Shown: positions 1 to 11,032, counted from the stretch's first letter. The stretch is 64,000 nucleotides of DNA from Parcubacteria group bacterium M10-OD1-1 (GCA_003056145.1 LSNL01000001.1:9351-73350), one strand, 5' to 3'. Numbers and translations: made by a program. The notes: generated from the sequence alone by a model not told the origin.

Positions 1-140
1 TGATTGCTAAAAAAGGAATTCAACAAATCAGAAAATGCAAAGAAAAAATGAGATTAAATATGCAAGAAAATCTTTCAAGGCTAAGTATTTCACAACAAAA
101 GAATTTCATAAAAATTTTAACCAAATTAATTAAACCCTAA
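1..140 (+). CDS. MarR-family transcriptional regulator, C-terminal fragment (partial at window edge)
   Basis: Frame 3 reads IAKKGIQQIRKCKEKMRLNMQENLSRLSISQQKNFIKILTKLIKP*, resembling the MarR 'LTxKG...LSxxE' C-terminal helices; lies directly upstream of an EmrAB-type operon. Confidence 0.6.
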   Translation, partial: IAKKGIQQIRKCKEKMRLNMQENLSRLSISQQKNFIKILTKLIKP

Positions 141-154
141 TTTCAAATAAAATA

Positions 155-1030
155 ATGAGTAAAAAAATTATTACCCTAATATCACTCTCCTTAATCATTT
201 TTGGATTAGGAATTATTAGCTTTATTAAATTCAATTCAGCTGATTTATTAAAAAACACTGTTAAGGTTACCAATAATAAAAATACATCTAAAAAAATAAG
301 CTTTGATGGAGTTGTTACAGCAGAAAAGTCTGCAAATCTTGGCTTTCAAATGAGTGGAAAATTAGTTTCTCTCCTTTATAAAGTCGGAGACCAAGTAAAA
401 AAAGGAACTGTTTTAGCTAAGATTGACAAACAAAGTGCTTCTGCTGAATATAATCAAGCAATTACTGGAGAAAATATGGCCAAATTAAGAGTAAACCAAC
501 TCAAACAATCCCTAAAATCAGAAAAGTTAGAATTAAAAAAACTTAGACACGCCGGAAATAGAGATAAAGAAATTCAAAAAGCCAAAGTTAATGAGGTTCG
601 TTCCAGTATTAGTGAGCAAGAAGAAGTAATTAAACACGCTCAGTCCAATGTTAGATTGGCTAAAATTAATTTAAATAAAACTAATATCATCGCTCCTTTT
701 ACTGGGACTATAACAAAACAAGCCGTAGAAATTGGAGAAACTGTGACTGCTAATGTATCCATTATTAGTTTGGAAACTATCAATAACTTGAAGCTAGAAG
801 GCTATGTCTCCCAAGCTCAACTTGGAAAAATAAAAATTGGTAATCAAGCTCAAGTAGTTTTCGGTGCATCTGGAAATAATACTCCTGTCAATGCACATAT
901 AGTTATGATTGATCCATCTGAAACAATTATAAATAACGCTCCCGCTTACAAAATAACGCTAGCTTTTGAAAACCAGCCAGAAAATATAAAACCCGGGATT
1001 AGTGCTAATATTAATATCTTAAAAAATTAA
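155..1030 (+). CDS. Efflux RND/HlyD-family periplasmic adaptor subunit
   Basis: N-terminal TM helix, lipoyl half-motifs (VGDQVKKGTVLAKID; IIAPFTGTI..VEIGETV), coiled coil, IKPGISA. Confidence 0.85.
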   Translation: MSKKIITLISLSLIIFGLGIISFIKFNSADLLKNTVKVTNNKNTSKKISFDGVVTAEKSANLGFQMSGKLVSLLYKVGDQVKKGTVLAKIDKQSASAEYNQAITGENMAKLRVNQLKQSLKSEKLELKKLRHAGNRDKEIQKAKVNEVRSSISEQEEVIKHAQSNVRLAKINLNKTNIIAPFTGTITKQAVEIGETVTANVSIISLETINNLKLEGYVSQAQLGKIKIGNQAQVVFGASGNNTPVNAHIVMIDPSETIINNAPAYKITLAFENQPENIKPGISANINILKN

Positions 1031-1052
1031 TTATTTAATTGGAAACAAACTT

Positions 1053-1703
1053 ATGGAAACTGATAAAATAAATTCTAATAAAAATGAAATCAGCAAAAAA
1101 AAAGGTATTTTAACTTTATCAATAATATTTATAATCGTTGGAGGATTGGTTGGGTATTTTTATTGGAAAATTAATAGTACCAGAATTTACATTGAAGACG
1201 CTCAGATTTTGGCACCGAAGATTGCACTTTCTTCTGCAAACGGAGGTGTTTTACGAGAACTATTTGTAAAAGTTGGAGACACTGTTTCTGCCAATACTAA
1301 AGTTGCCCAAGTTGGTTATAATATAATTACCACAAAAGTGCCTGGAATTATTATTAATGTCAAAAATAATATTGGAGAAAATTTTTCTCCAGGACAAGCA
1401 GTAGCAACTATGATAAATACGTCTGATTTACAAGTTGTAGCTAGCATTCAAGAAAATAAAGGTTTAAATAAGATACGAATTGGAGATAAAGCCTATTTTA
1501 CAGTTGATGCTTTTGGATCACAAAGATTCCCTGCTATTGTTGATGAAATAAGTCCAACTTCTAAGACCGCTGACGTAGTTTTTAATATTTCTGACAAAAG
1601 GCAGGAAAATTATTTTAATGTAAAATTAAATTTTGATGAAAATAAATATCCACAGTTTAGAAACGGGATGTCAGCTAAAGCCTGGGTGTATAAGACTAAA
1701 TAA
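1053..1703 (+). CDS. HlyD/EmrA-like membrane fusion protein (short, lacks the coiled coil)
   Basis: TM anchor, VKVGDTVSAN, FTVDAF, FRNGMSA motifs. Confidence 0.8.
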   Translation: METDKINSNKNEISKKKGILTLSIIFIIVGGLVGYFYWKINSTRIYIEDAQILAPKIALSSANGGVLRELFVKVGDTVSANTKVAQVGYNIITTKVPGIIINVKNNIGENFSPGQAVATMINTSDLQVVASIQENKGLNKIRIGDKAYFTVDAFGSQRFPAIVDEISPTSKTADVVFNISDKRQENYFNVKLNFDENKYPQFRNGMSAKAWVYKTK

Positions 1704-1705
1704 AT

Positions 1706-3184
1706 ATGAGAGCAAACAGAAAAGAAAAAAAGAATTTCAAATGGTTCATCCTTTTGACTGTTATTGTGGGAACTTTTTTAGGCAGGCTTGACCAAACGAT
1801 TGTTAATTTAGCTTTACCAAAAATAATTGATGATTTTAGTATTTCAATTAATTCTGCTGGTTGGATTATTACTGCCTACATTTTAGCTAACGCAATTTTT
1901 GTACCAATTTGGGGAAAACTTGGGGACCTTAAAGGACAAAAGAAAGTCTATATTATTGGTTTTTCGCTTTTTATCTTTGGATCTGCCCTTTCTGGATTTG
2001 CTTGGAATTTAGGTTCTATGATTGTATTTCGTATTATTCAGGCAATCGCCAGTAGTGCTGATTATCCAACCGCGATGGCAATCTTAGCTTTAAATTTTAA
2101 GGCTGGACGAGAAAGAGCTCAGGCATTGGGAATTTGGTCATCTTCTTTTGCAGCAGCATCAGTTATCGGACCACTTCTTGGAGGACCACTAATTGATAAT
2201 TTTGGTTGGCGCAGTATTTTTTTAGTTAATATTCCAGTAGGAATTATAGGCATCTTAATGGCTATGGCTTTTATTAAAGAAAGTGATATTCAAAGAGAAA
2301 AGGGAGCTTTTGATTGGTGGGGTGCAATAACCTTAGGAATTTCACTTAGTACTCTTGTTTTAGTCTTAGACAAAGGTATGGATTGGGGCTGGATTTCAAT
2401 TTCGGCTCTATTTTCTTATTTAACTTCTATTATATTTTTTTATTTGTTCGTCAAAATTGAAAATAAACATCAGAACGCAATTATTAATTTAAATTTTTTT
2501 AAAAACAAAGTTTTTGTTACAGTTTTAGCAAACAGTGGAGTTGTATTTATGGGTATGATGGGTGCTATTTTCTTGGTTCCAATCTTTGCTCAAATGTTTT
2601 TGGGATATAACGCAACTCAAACTGGCTATCTTTTTATCCCAATGGCGTTTTTACTTGTAATTTCAGCTTCCATCGGTGGACGATTTAATGACAAACTCCC
2701 TGTCCGTCCAGTTCTAATTATTAGCACTTTCGTAGCAGGGCTAGGATTCTATTTATTCTCTTTTTTAGATCCGCGTTCTGGAGCTTGGGCAATTATGATT
2801 CCCATGAGTATTTTAGCAATTGGAATAGGATTTGGAATGCCACTGAGAACAAACATTATCGCTTCTTCTGTTGAGCCCAATGAAGTTGGTTCCGCTTCTG
2901 CAGTAATGGCCTTAGTTCGAAATATCGCTGGAGCCTTTGGAGTAGCCCTCTTTGGGACTCTTTTACAAAATTTTCAAGAATCCAATGTTTTGAAGATTGC
3001 CCAACACTCAACAATTCATATTCACAGTATGCAAATTTTTAAGCAAGCTATCGGACTGATAATCCTAAAAGCAGATATAAGATCATATGATCAGGTTTTC
3101 TTTTGGGCCGCCATGTTGACAATGATTGGATCATTCACCGCCTATTGGATAAAAATTAAAAATAAAAACCAAAAAAAAATTTAA
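1706..3184 (+). CDS. DHA2 family (EmrB/QacA) MFS drug:H+ antiporter
   Basis: LDQTIVNLALP, WIITAYILA, GKLGDLKG, FRIIQAI, GPLLGG, WRSIFLVNIPVG; about 14 TM helices. Confidence 0.92.
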   Translation: MRANRKEKKNFKWFILLTVIVGTFLGRLDQTIVNLALPKIIDDFSISINSAGWIITAYILANAIFVPIWGKLGDLKGQKKVYIIGFSLFIFGSALSGFAWNLGSMIVFRIIQAIASSADYPTAMAILALNFKAGRERAQALGIWSSSFAAASVIGPLLGGPLIDNFGWRSIFLVNIPVGIIGILMAMAFIKESDIQREKGAFDWWGAITLGISLSTLVLVLDKGMDWGWISISALFSYLTSIIFFYLFVKIENKHQNAIINLNFFKNKVFVTVLANSGVVFMGMMGAIFLVPIFAQMFLGYNATQTGYLFIPMAFLLVISASIGGRFNDKLPVRPVLIISTFVAGLGFYLFSFLDPRSGAWAIMIPMSILAIGIGFGMPLRTNIIASSVEPNEVGSASAVMALVRNIAGAFGVALFGTLLQNFQESNVLKIAQHSTIHIHSMQIFKQAIGLIILKADIRSYDQVFFWAAMLTMIGSFTAYWIKIKNKNQKKI

Positions 3185-3320
3185 GCTTGTCTTTAAAAAA
3201 GGACTACTTTTCTTAACTATATATTTAATAAATCCGATTTCAAATAATTTTCTCCCGCTTGCTAAATTTTTCTAGTAAGTCTATAATAACCTATCACTTT
3301 TATATTTAATAAAATTTAAG

Positions 3321-4580
3321 ATGAAAAATAATTTTGAAAAATTTGATATCGCAGTCATCGGTGGTGGACCAACTGGAATGATGTCTGCTATTCAAGCTAG
3401 TGCTAAAGGAGCTAGAGTTATTTTAATTGAAAAAAATAAATATCTCGGCGTGAAACTTTTAATGACTGGCAAAGGACGTTGTAATATTACTAATAACTCT
3501 TCTATTGAGGATATTATTGAAACAATTGGAAAGTCTGGACGCTTTCTCTTCTCAGCTCTTTATCAATTTGGTCCAACGGATATTATAAATTTTTTTGAGA
3601 AAGAAAATGTGCCTTTAAAAACAGAAAGAGGAAAAAGAGTTTTTCCTCAAAGTAATCAAGCTAGAGATATTTTAAAAATCCTTCTGCAAACTTTGAAAAA
3701 TAATAAAGTTACTGTTCGCACTAACTCGCAAGTCGTCAAAATAACCCAGGAAAACAATTTGATTTCTAAACTTGTTTTAGCTAATAAAAAAATTATTTCC
3801 GCTGATAAATTTATAGTTTGCACTGGCGGAAAATCTTATCCCTTGACTGGTTCTACAGGAGAAGGCTATAAATGGTTAAAGAAACTTGGGCATACTATTG
3901 TTCCTCTATTTCCAGCTCTGACGCCTATTATTATCCAAGAAAAAATTCCAAAACAGTTAGAAGGATTAAGTTTAAAAAATGTAACTATTAGTTTTTGGAA
4001 AGATAATAAAAAAATTATTTCTCAATTTGGTGAAGCTATTTTTACCTCCGAAGGAATGAGCGGTCCAATTATCATTGAAGCAAGTAAGCTCCTTGGCTCT
4101 TTTTTGTCGGCTAACCTTCAATTATCTATTGATTTCAAACCTGGATTAAATTATGAACAGCTAGATAAGAGATTGCAAAAAGATTTTCAAAAATTTAATA
4201 ATAAGCTTTTTAAAAACAGTTTGGAAGAACTTCTACCTAAAAAACTTATTCCTATTATAATTAAATTATCCAAAATAAATCCTCAAAAAAAAGTTAACCT
4301 AATTACCAAAGAAGAAAGAAAAAAATTAAATCATCTACTAAAAAAATTCACCCTTACTATTAAAAATATCGCTGGTTTTGAAAAAGCAATAATCACTAGT
4401 GGTGGAGTAAGTTTAAAAGAAGTTAATCCTCAGACTATGCAATCAAAAATTTTCCCTAATTTATTTTTAGCTGGAGAAATACTTGATTTAGATGGACCTA
4501 CTGGTGGTTATAATTTACAAATATGTTGGAGTACTGGTTATGTAGCCGGTCAAAACGCTAGTTTTAATCTTGCAAAATAA
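3321..4580 (+). CDS. HI0933/YhiN/BaiN-family NAD(P)/FAD-dependent oxidoreductase
   Basis: GGGPTG, KLLMTGKGRCNITN, GRVFP-like KRVFP, TGGKSYP.TGSTG, GPTGGYNLQ motifs. Confidence 0.92.
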   Translation: MKNNFEKFDIAVIGGGPTGMMSAIQASAKGARVILIEKNKYLGVKLLMTGKGRCNITNNSSIEDIIETIGKSGRFLFSALYQFGPTDIINFFEKENVPLKTERGKRVFPQSNQARDILKILLQTLKNNKVTVRTNSQVVKITQENNLISKLVLANKKIISADKFIVCTGGKSYPLTGSTGEGYKWLKKLGHTIVPLFPALTPIIIQEKIPKQLEGLSLKNVTISFWKDNKKIISQFGEAIFTSEGMSGPIIIEASKLLGSFLSANLQLSIDFKPGLNYEQLDKRLQKDFQKFNNKLFKNSLEELLPKKLIPIIIKLSKINPQKKVNLITKEERKKLNHLLKKFTLTIKNIAGFEKAIITSGGVSLKEVNPQTMQSKIFPNLFLAGEILDLDGPTGGYNLQICWSTGYVAGQNASFNLAK

Positions 4581-4636
4581 ATTCTACCCGAGTATATTAA
4601 AAATAGCGTCCTAATTATCTTGAGAGAAGAAACTTG

Positions 4637-5761
4637 ATGAATTCACCTTCAAAAAATTTTACTCTAATTAAAAATCTCTTTGATTTAGCAGATATTCAAA
4701 TCAATGGTAATCACCCATGGGATATTCAAGTCAAAAACGAGAATTTATATTCCCGTCTTTTAAAAAATCCTTCCCTAAATTTAGGTGAATCTTACATGGC
4801 TGGTTGGTGGGATGTTCAACAACTAGATAAATTTTTTAGCAAACTTCTTAAAGCCAATCTAGATCAGAAAATTAGAAAAAGCCCTCAATTGCTTTGGCAG
4901 TTAGGATTGAACATCATTTTTAATTATCAAAATAAAAGACACGCTTTTGAGGTTGGGGAAAAACATTACGATTTAGGTAATAATCTTTACTCAGCAATGT
5001 TAGATTCTCGTAAAGTTTATACCTGTGGTTATTGGAAAAAAGCAACCAATCTAGAAGAAGCTCAAGAAGCTAAGCTAGATTTAGTTTGTCAAAAATTAAA
5101 TTTAAAACCAGGGCAAAAAATCCTTGATATCGGTTGTGGTTGGGGAAGTTTTGCTAAATTTGCTGCAGAGCGATATGGAGTAGAAGTAGTAGGTATTACA
5201 GTTTCTAAAGAGCAAGCTAAACTAGCGCAAGAACTTTGTCTTGGCTTACCAGTAAAAATTTTATTAAAAGATTATCGGGATTTAAACGAAAAATTTGATC
5301 ATATTGTTTCGCTTGGTATGTTTGAGCATGTTGGACCAAAAAATTATCGTAATTTTATGCAAATTGTTAGGCGCTCACTTAAAGACAATGGGCTCTTTCT
5401 TCTACACACTATTGGTCATGACTATTCCACTACCTCTCTTGATCCTTGGATTGAAAAATATATTTTTCCTAACGGTATGCTACCTTCACTAAAACAAATC
5501 GCCACCGCTACAGAAAAATTATTTATCATTGAAGATTGGCATACTTTTGGAGCTGATTATGATAAGACTTTAATGGCTTGGTTTAAAAATTTTGATCAAA
5601 ACTGGGGAAAAATTAAGGCTCAATATGGTGAAAGATTTTACCGAATGTGGAAATATTATCTTCTATCTTGTGCTGGATCTTTTCGCTCTAGAAATAATAA
5701 TTTATGGCAAATTGTTTTATCTAAAGAAGGTGTCCCAGGTGGATATAAATCAATAAGATAA
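4637..5761 (+). CDS. cfa: Cyclopropane-fatty-acyl-phospholipid synthase
   Basis: LGESYMAGWWD, HYDLGN, YTCGYW, LDIGCGWG, GMFEHVG, WIEKYIFP, FYRMWKYYL. Confidence 0.93.
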   Translation: MNSPSKNFTLIKNLFDLADIQINGNHPWDIQVKNENLYSRLLKNPSLNLGESYMAGWWDVQQLDKFFSKLLKANLDQKIRKSPQLLWQLGLNIIFNYQNKRHAFEVGEKHYDLGNNLYSAMLDSRKVYTCGYWKKATNLEEAQEAKLDLVCQKLNLKPGQKILDIGCGWGSFAKFAAERYGVEVVGITVSKEQAKLAQELCLGLPVKILLKDYRDLNEKFDHIVSLGMFEHVGPKNYRNFMQIVRRSLKDNGLFLLHTIGHDYSTTSLDPWIEKYIFPNGMLPSLKQIATATEKLFIIEDWHTFGADYDKTLMAWFKNFDQNWGKIKAQYGERFYRMWKYYLLSCAGSFRSRNNNLWQIVLSKEGVPGGYKSIR

Positions 5762-5870
5762 AATCATTGTCCATCTATTCTAATACTATCTATTTTAAAA
5801 TATAAAAGGGAAAGTTTATTCCAGATTCTCTGATTCAGATAAATCAATCTAACACATCTACCAATAGTCC

Positions 5871-7274
5871 TTAATAATCTTTTAATTTAATAATCGTTTC
5901 GTGTTCTCTAATTTTTTCTAAGGCTTTAGCTTCAATTTGACGAATTCTTTCTCTAGTTACACCAAACTCTTGACCCACTTCTTCCAAGGTGTGTGTTACT
6001 CCATCGTCAAGACCAAATCTAATTTTTAAAATTTTCTGTTCTCTTGGTGTAAGATCATTAAGTATTTCTATAATATGTTCTTTCAACATTTTACGAGAGG
6101 CTGTTTGATTAGGCATTACCGTTTCTGTATCTTCAATAAAATCTCCTAAAACGCTATCATCATCAGAATCACCAACAGAAGTTTCTAAAGAAACTGTCTC
6201 CTGAGAAATCTTCATAATATGTCTAATTTTATCTACCTCTAATCCCATTTCTACTGCTACCTCCTCTGGCAGAGGCTCTCTACCTAAATCCTGAACCAAC
6301 CTTCTAGTTATTTGGATATATTTATTGATTGTTTCTACCATATGAACTGGAATCCGGATAGTCCTGGATTGATCTGCTAAGGCTCTAGTTACTGCTTGTC
6401 TAATCCACCAAGTAGCGTAAGTTGAAAACTTATAACCTTTTTTATAATCAAATTTCTCCACTGCTCTAAATAACCCAATATTTCCTTCTTGAATTAAGTC
6501 TAAAAGAGAAAGATTGTGTGAACGACCAACATATTTTTTCGCAATACTAACCACTAAGCGGAGATTAGCTTCGGTTAACCTTTGCTTGGCCATTGAATCA
6601 CCTTTTTCAATTCTTTTAGCTAAGGCCACTTCTTCTTCAGTTTTTAATAGATTTACTCTTCCGATTTCCCGAAGATACATTTGAACTAAATCAGCTGAAG
6701 CATCTTCAGGAGCTACAAATTGTTGTAAAATATTCTTCTTTCTCTTTTTCTTACTATTTTTTTCTTTTTCTAAATTTTCAGAAATTTTATCAGTTTCCAT
6801 TTTCAACATTTCATCCGAACTAATCACTTTAATATTTTCTTGCTCTAATCGCTCATAAAGCTCTTCTAATTTTTCAATTTCTATTTCTGCATTAGGAATA
6901 ATATGCATTATTTCATCTTCGGTGATAAAACCTCTTTGCTTTCCCCGGTAAATAAAATCCTCTACATTATCGTGTTGTTTTTGATCTTTTTTAGTTTTTT
7001 TTGCTCGCTGAGATAAAGGAGCTTTTTTCTTTCTGCCTTTTTTAACTACTTTTTTAACTATTCTTTCTGATTTCTTTTTGTTCTTTTTGTTTTTTTTGTT
7101 ATTAGCTACTTTTTTAATAGTAGTCTTCTTTTTAACTACTTTTTTAACCATTTTTTTAGGTTTTTTATTTTTTTTAGAAATTACTTTTTTAATCACTTTT
7201 TTCTTAGTAGTCGCTTTCTGAGATGTTCGTCGAAGTGTTTTTTTAGTCTTGATTACCTTTTTTATTTTGACCAT
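5871..7274 (-). CDS. rpoD: Primary sigma factor RpoD with a Lys-rich N-terminal extension
   Basis: Region 1.2 MYLREIG, region 2 [13 protein letters not shown] / [10 protein letters not shown] / [10 protein letters not shown], region 4 [20 protein letters not shown]; follows dnaG. Confidence 0.97.
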   Translation of the reverse strand: MVKIKKVIKTKKTLRRTSQKATTKKKVIKKVISKKNKKPKKMVKKVVKKKTTIKKVANNKKNKKNKKKSERIVKKVVKKGRKKKAPLSQRAKKTKKDQKQHDNVEDFIYRGKQRGFITEDEIMHIIPNAEIEIEKLEELYERLEQENIKVISSDEMLKMETDKISENLEKEKNSKKKRKKNILQQFVAPEDASADLVQMYLREIGRVNLLKTEEEVALAKRIEKGDSMAKQRLTEANLRLVVSIAKKYVGRSHNLSLLDLIQEGNIGLFRAVEKFDYKKGYKFSTYATWWIRQAVTRALADQSRTIRIPVHMVETINKYIQITRRLVQDLGREPLPEEVAVEMGLEVDKIRHIMKISQETVSLETSVGDSDDDSVLGDFIEDTETVMPNQTASRKMLKEHIIEILNDLTPREQKILKIRFGLDDGVTHTLEEVGQEFGVTRERIRQIEAKALEKIREHETIIKLKDY

Positions 7275-7422
7275 AATAATTTAATAACAAGTGACGCAAT
7301 CAGTTTAACAAAAACTTCTTGCGCCTAATATTTTATTTAAGTAATAATTTTTATAATTACAATTTATTCTCACAAAACCGCAAACATCCCGCTCTTAACG
7401 CGGGAAAGAAAAAATATTTATT

Positions 7423-9240
7423 CTATTTCGTTATTTCTATCAATTCTTTAGAAATTTTATCAAATTCTTGTCGTAAAAACAATACTACTGATTTATCCCC
7501 TTTTTCTTCAGCTACTTTTAAATCAGTTGTTATCTGAATTAATTCTTTTTTCTTGTCTTCTTTTTGAATTTCTTTCAAACAGTTTTCAAAATCTTCTAAG
7601 GGGTTATCAATTTCAATTTCTTCTAACTTATTATCTAGCCCTAGTTGAAACTTTTTTTTGAAAAAAAGTTTTTCAATCCTAGTTCTTAAAGTTTGGTCGT
7701 CTCCTAATTGATTGATTAGTTTTTCAAAACTAAATTCAACTTCCTGACCTTTTTCCAACATTAAATTTAGAAGACTATCTTTAGGTAGAGAAATATTTCT
7801 TAAATCTTTCTCTGCCTTCTTCCAAACCTCTTTGGAAATAAGCATTAGCCCAATAAGCTCTTTCTTTAACACTTCTGCTTTAGGAAGTAATTCTGTTTCT
7901 TCCTCCTGATCAATAGGAGCTTCTTTTTTTTCTATTCTACTCTTAAGATTAGCCTTTTTCAGCATATCCGTCAATGCCACCTCTTTAACTTGAATTTCTT
8001 CACTTAATTTTTTAATCCAATCACTTTGCTCAATCGGATTTTCGATTTCCTTGACCATATCCAAAATTTCTTCAACTATCTTTTTTTTATCTTCTATTTT
8101 ATTTTTATCAAATTTTTGAAAAATATTTTTGAAAAAATAATCTCTCACTGATAATGAATTTTTAACCGCCTCCATTAAAGCTACTGGATTATCTTTAGCT
8201 AGCTCAGCCGCATCTTTTCCTTGAGGCAAACTAACGATTTTAATATTCATCTCTTTAGCAAAACATAATTTAACACTTTTTTTAGTCGCTATTTCTCCCG
8301 CTTTATCCATATCAAAAAATATTTTAATATTTTTGGTATATCTTCCAATAATGTTAATTTGATCTTCTGTCAAAGCTGTTCCAGAAACTGCTACGGTATT
8401 TTTTATTCCTACTTGATAAGAAGCAATGACATCCATATTCCCTTCTACTAATAAGACAAAATCTTTTTGTTTGATTTCGTTTTTAGCTTTATCTAACCCA
8501 TAAAGAACTTGGCTTTTATGATAAACTTTAGTTTCTGGAGTATTAACATATTTTGCTTGTGATTCATCTCCTCCTGGTGCCACTCTAGCGCTATAACCTA
8601 AAATCTTCCCCGAATAATCAGAGATTGGAAACACTATTCGTTCTCTAAACCGATCATAAAAATTATCACCAGCTCCTCCTGAGGCATAACTATTTTTTTC
8701 TACCAACAACCCCGTTAAGACTATTTCTTGAATTGTATAACCTCTTTTTAATAAAAAATTTAAAATATTATTCCAACCTTCTGGGGCATAACCTAAACGA
8801 AAATCTTTAATAGTTTCTTCTGTTAAACCACGCTCAATTAGATATGATAAAATAGTTTTTCTTCCCGAACCTTTCCATAGTTGCACCTCATAAAATCGAG
8901 TTGCTAATTCTAAAATTTCTAAAGTTTTATCAGCTTTCTTATTTTGTTGAGAATTAAAAGATTTAAGTTGAACACCAGCCTTATCCGCTAAAAGCTTAAG
9001 AGCTTCTCTAAATTCTATCCCTTCCATCTCCATTACAAAGCCAAAAATATCTCCACCTTTTCCGCAACCAAAACAATGCCAGATTTGTTTCTCCTCACTC
9101 ACCATAAAAGATGGCGATTTTTCATTATGAAAAGGACAGGTAGTTCTAAAGCTAGTTCCCGCCTTTTTTAATTGAATATAGTCACTTAAAACATCTACTA
9201 TATTCAACTTTGATTTTATATCCTCAACATCAGAATTCAT
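7423..9240 (-). CDS. dnaG: DNA primase
   Basis: CHC2 zinc finger CPFHNEKSPSF..CFGC, DRFRERIVFP, KYVNTPET, TOPRIM VEGNMDV / DMDKAG. Confidence 0.97.
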   Translation of the reverse strand: MNSDVEDIKSKLNIVDVLSDYIQLKKAGTSFRTTCPFHNEKSPSFMVSEEKQIWHCFGCGKGGDIFGFVMEMEGIEFREALKLLADKAGVQLKSFNSQQNKKADKTLEILELATRFYEVQLWKGSGRKTILSYLIERGLTEETIKDFRLGYAPEGWNNILNFLLKRGYTIQEIVLTGLLVEKNSYASGGAGDNFYDRFRERIVFPISDYSGKILGYSARVAPGGDESQAKYVNTPETKVYHKSQVLYGLDKAKNEIKQKDFVLLVEGNMDVIASYQVGIKNTVAVSGTALTEDQINIIGRYTKNIKIFFDMDKAGEIATKKSVKLCFAKEMNIKIVSLPQGKDAAELAKDNPVALMEAVKNSLSVRDYFFKNIFQKFDKNKIEDKKKIVEEILDMVKEIENPIEQSDWIKKLSEEIQVKEVALTDMLKKANLKSRIEKKEAPIDQEEETELLPKAEVLKKELIGLMLISKEVWKKAEKDLRNISLPKDSLLNLMLEKGQEVEFSFEKLINQLGDDQTLRTRIEKLFFKKKFQLGLDNKLEEIEIDNPLEDFENCLKEIQKEDKKKELIQITTDLKVAEEKGDKSVVLFLRQEFDKISKELIEITK

Positions 9241-9339
9241 AATTTAATCGTACTATATTCCAATAAAATAAGCAAAATACTTTACATTCTTCTTTTAATT
9301 ATTTATAATTATTGGATAAATTATTTTTAGGGAAAATTT

Positions 9340-9915
9340 ATGCTCACTAAAATAATAAAACAAATTAAAGCTAATAAAATTGTTTTTATGCCAAGCGACA
9401 CAATCTACGGTCTTTTTGGTTGTGCCCTTAGTTCCAGGACTGTTGAAGAAATATATTCTCTGAAATCCAGAGATCCTAGAAAGCCACTGATTATTATGTT
9501 AAGTTCAATTGATGACCTTCTTCTTTTTGAAGTTAATCTTAATCAAAAAGAGCGAGAAATTCTAGAAAGAATTTGGCCAGAGAAAGTGAGTGTTGTTTTG
9601 CCAGTTCCTAGCGAAAAATTTTTCTATCTTCATCGAGGAAAAAATACGCTAGCTTTCCGTCTGCCTAAAAATGAAGAGCTTCTTTCAATCCTAGAAAATA
9701 CTGGACCACTTGTCTCCACTAGTGCTAATCTAGAAGGAAAGTCTTATGCAAAAACCGTAGCTGAAGCAAAAAAATATTTTGGAAATAAAATCAATCTATA
9801 TATTAACAAAGGAGCTATTAATAGCCCGCCCTCTACTCTTATAAAGATAAATAACGGGGAAATTGAAATTCTGAGAAAAGGAGAGTTTATTATTAATCAG
9901 ACTATTCTTTCTTAA
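9340..9915 (+). CDS. tsaC: L-threonylcarbamoyladenylate synthase (Sua5/YrdC/TsaC)
   Basis: PSDTIYGL, K.R...KPL, FRLP, STSANLEG, PST, ILRKG. Confidence 0.9.
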   Translation: MLTKIIKQIKANKIVFMPSDTIYGLFGCALSSRTVEEIYSLKSRDPRKPLIIMLSSIDDLLLFEVNLNQKEREILERIWPEKVSVVLPVPSEKFFYLHRGKNTLAFRLPKNEELLSILENTGPLVSTSANLEGKSYAKTVAEAKKYFGNKINLYINKGAINSPPSTLIKINNGEIEILRKGEFIINQTILS

Positions 9916-11032
9916 GCTCAATATTTTTAGTAGCTAAATAAGTGAAATAAGTCATAGCCAACGCTATTAAAATAAAAATTAAATGGATATTCCAAACTAA
10001 CATTAAAGCCATTCCATACAAACTTACCCTGCCAATTGCCACTGGAAATTCCCGAAATAAAATAAACTCAGCCCCACCTTCTATCTTAGCCTTCTTGTAA
10101 ACTACACTATTCAAAGGAATCAAAATCAACGCTTCTACAAAACCAACCATCAAAGTTGTACTATAAAAAATAATTGGATTCAAAGAAAAAAATCTCACTA
10201 ACCAAACAACTATTAAGATAATCGCCCCACCCATCATCATCTTTCGCTGACTAACTTTGTCAGCATATTTACCAACCAACAAAATAAAAATTACTGATCC
10301 AATTGTTCCTAATGTCCCAATATAACCAATTGATAAAATACTACCAAAACTTAAAAAAACAAAGATTGGATAAATAACCCCTTCCGCTTCCTCCCTTAAA
10401 TTTTCAACCACCTCAGCTAAAAAATATTTTCGATAACTAAAAAATAACTCCCAAAACTTTTTTAGATTAAAGCTATCTTGATAAGGAAATTCTGGTAAAA
10501 ATAAAAGTGGTACAAGAGAAAATAAATATAAAATTGTAGCCAAAATAAATAACGCCTTAAAATTTAAAAGGATAATTATAAAACCAGCTATTACAGGAGA
10601 AAATATTTTCAAAATCTTAGGAAACGCAAAGAATTTTCCTAGTTCATTCCCCATTTTATTTTTAGTAGAGATATTAGTAATCCAAATATGCAGAGGAAAC
10701 CAGAAAAAAGAGGCTTGAATTGAATTAACTAAAGCAATGACCCAGATAGGAATAGAATATTTAGTAATATTATAAACTAAAAAATAATACAAAAAAAGAA
10801 ATGGATAACTTAAGATAGCCGTGTTCCTTAGTCCAATCAATTTAACTAATTTATTAGCTAAAAAAAAGAAAACTAAAGTTCCCAGACTATAAATTAAATA
10901 AAATAAAATAACATTAGCTAAACTTATCCCTCTACTTAAAAAATAAATAGGGATAAAAATTGTAATGAAAGAACCAGCAAACGCATAAGTGGATTTCATT
11001 AAATAAATATTTTTTAATGACTTTTTCTTCAT
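9902..11032 (-). CDS. MFS transporter
   Basis: About 12 hydrophobic segments, GKYADKVSQRK motif A-like loop. Confidence 0.75.
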   Translation of the reverse strand: MKKKSLKNIYLMKSTYAFAGSFITIFIPIYFLSRGISLANVILFYLIYSLGTLVFFFLANKLVKLIGLRNTAILSYPFLFLYYFLVYNITKYSIPIWVIALVNSIQASFFWFPLHIWITNISTKNKMGNELGKFFAFPKILKIFSPVIAGFIIILLNFKALFILATILYLFSLVPLLFLPEFPYQDSFNLKKFWELFFSYRKYFLAEVVENLREEAEGVIYPIFVFLSFGSILSIGYIGTLGTIGSVIFILLVGKYADKVSQRKMMMGGAIILIVVWLVRFFSLNPIIFYSTTLMVGFVEALILIPLNSVVYKKAKIEGGAEFILFREFPVAIGRVSLYGMALMLVWNIHLIFILIALAMTYFTYLATKNIELKKE

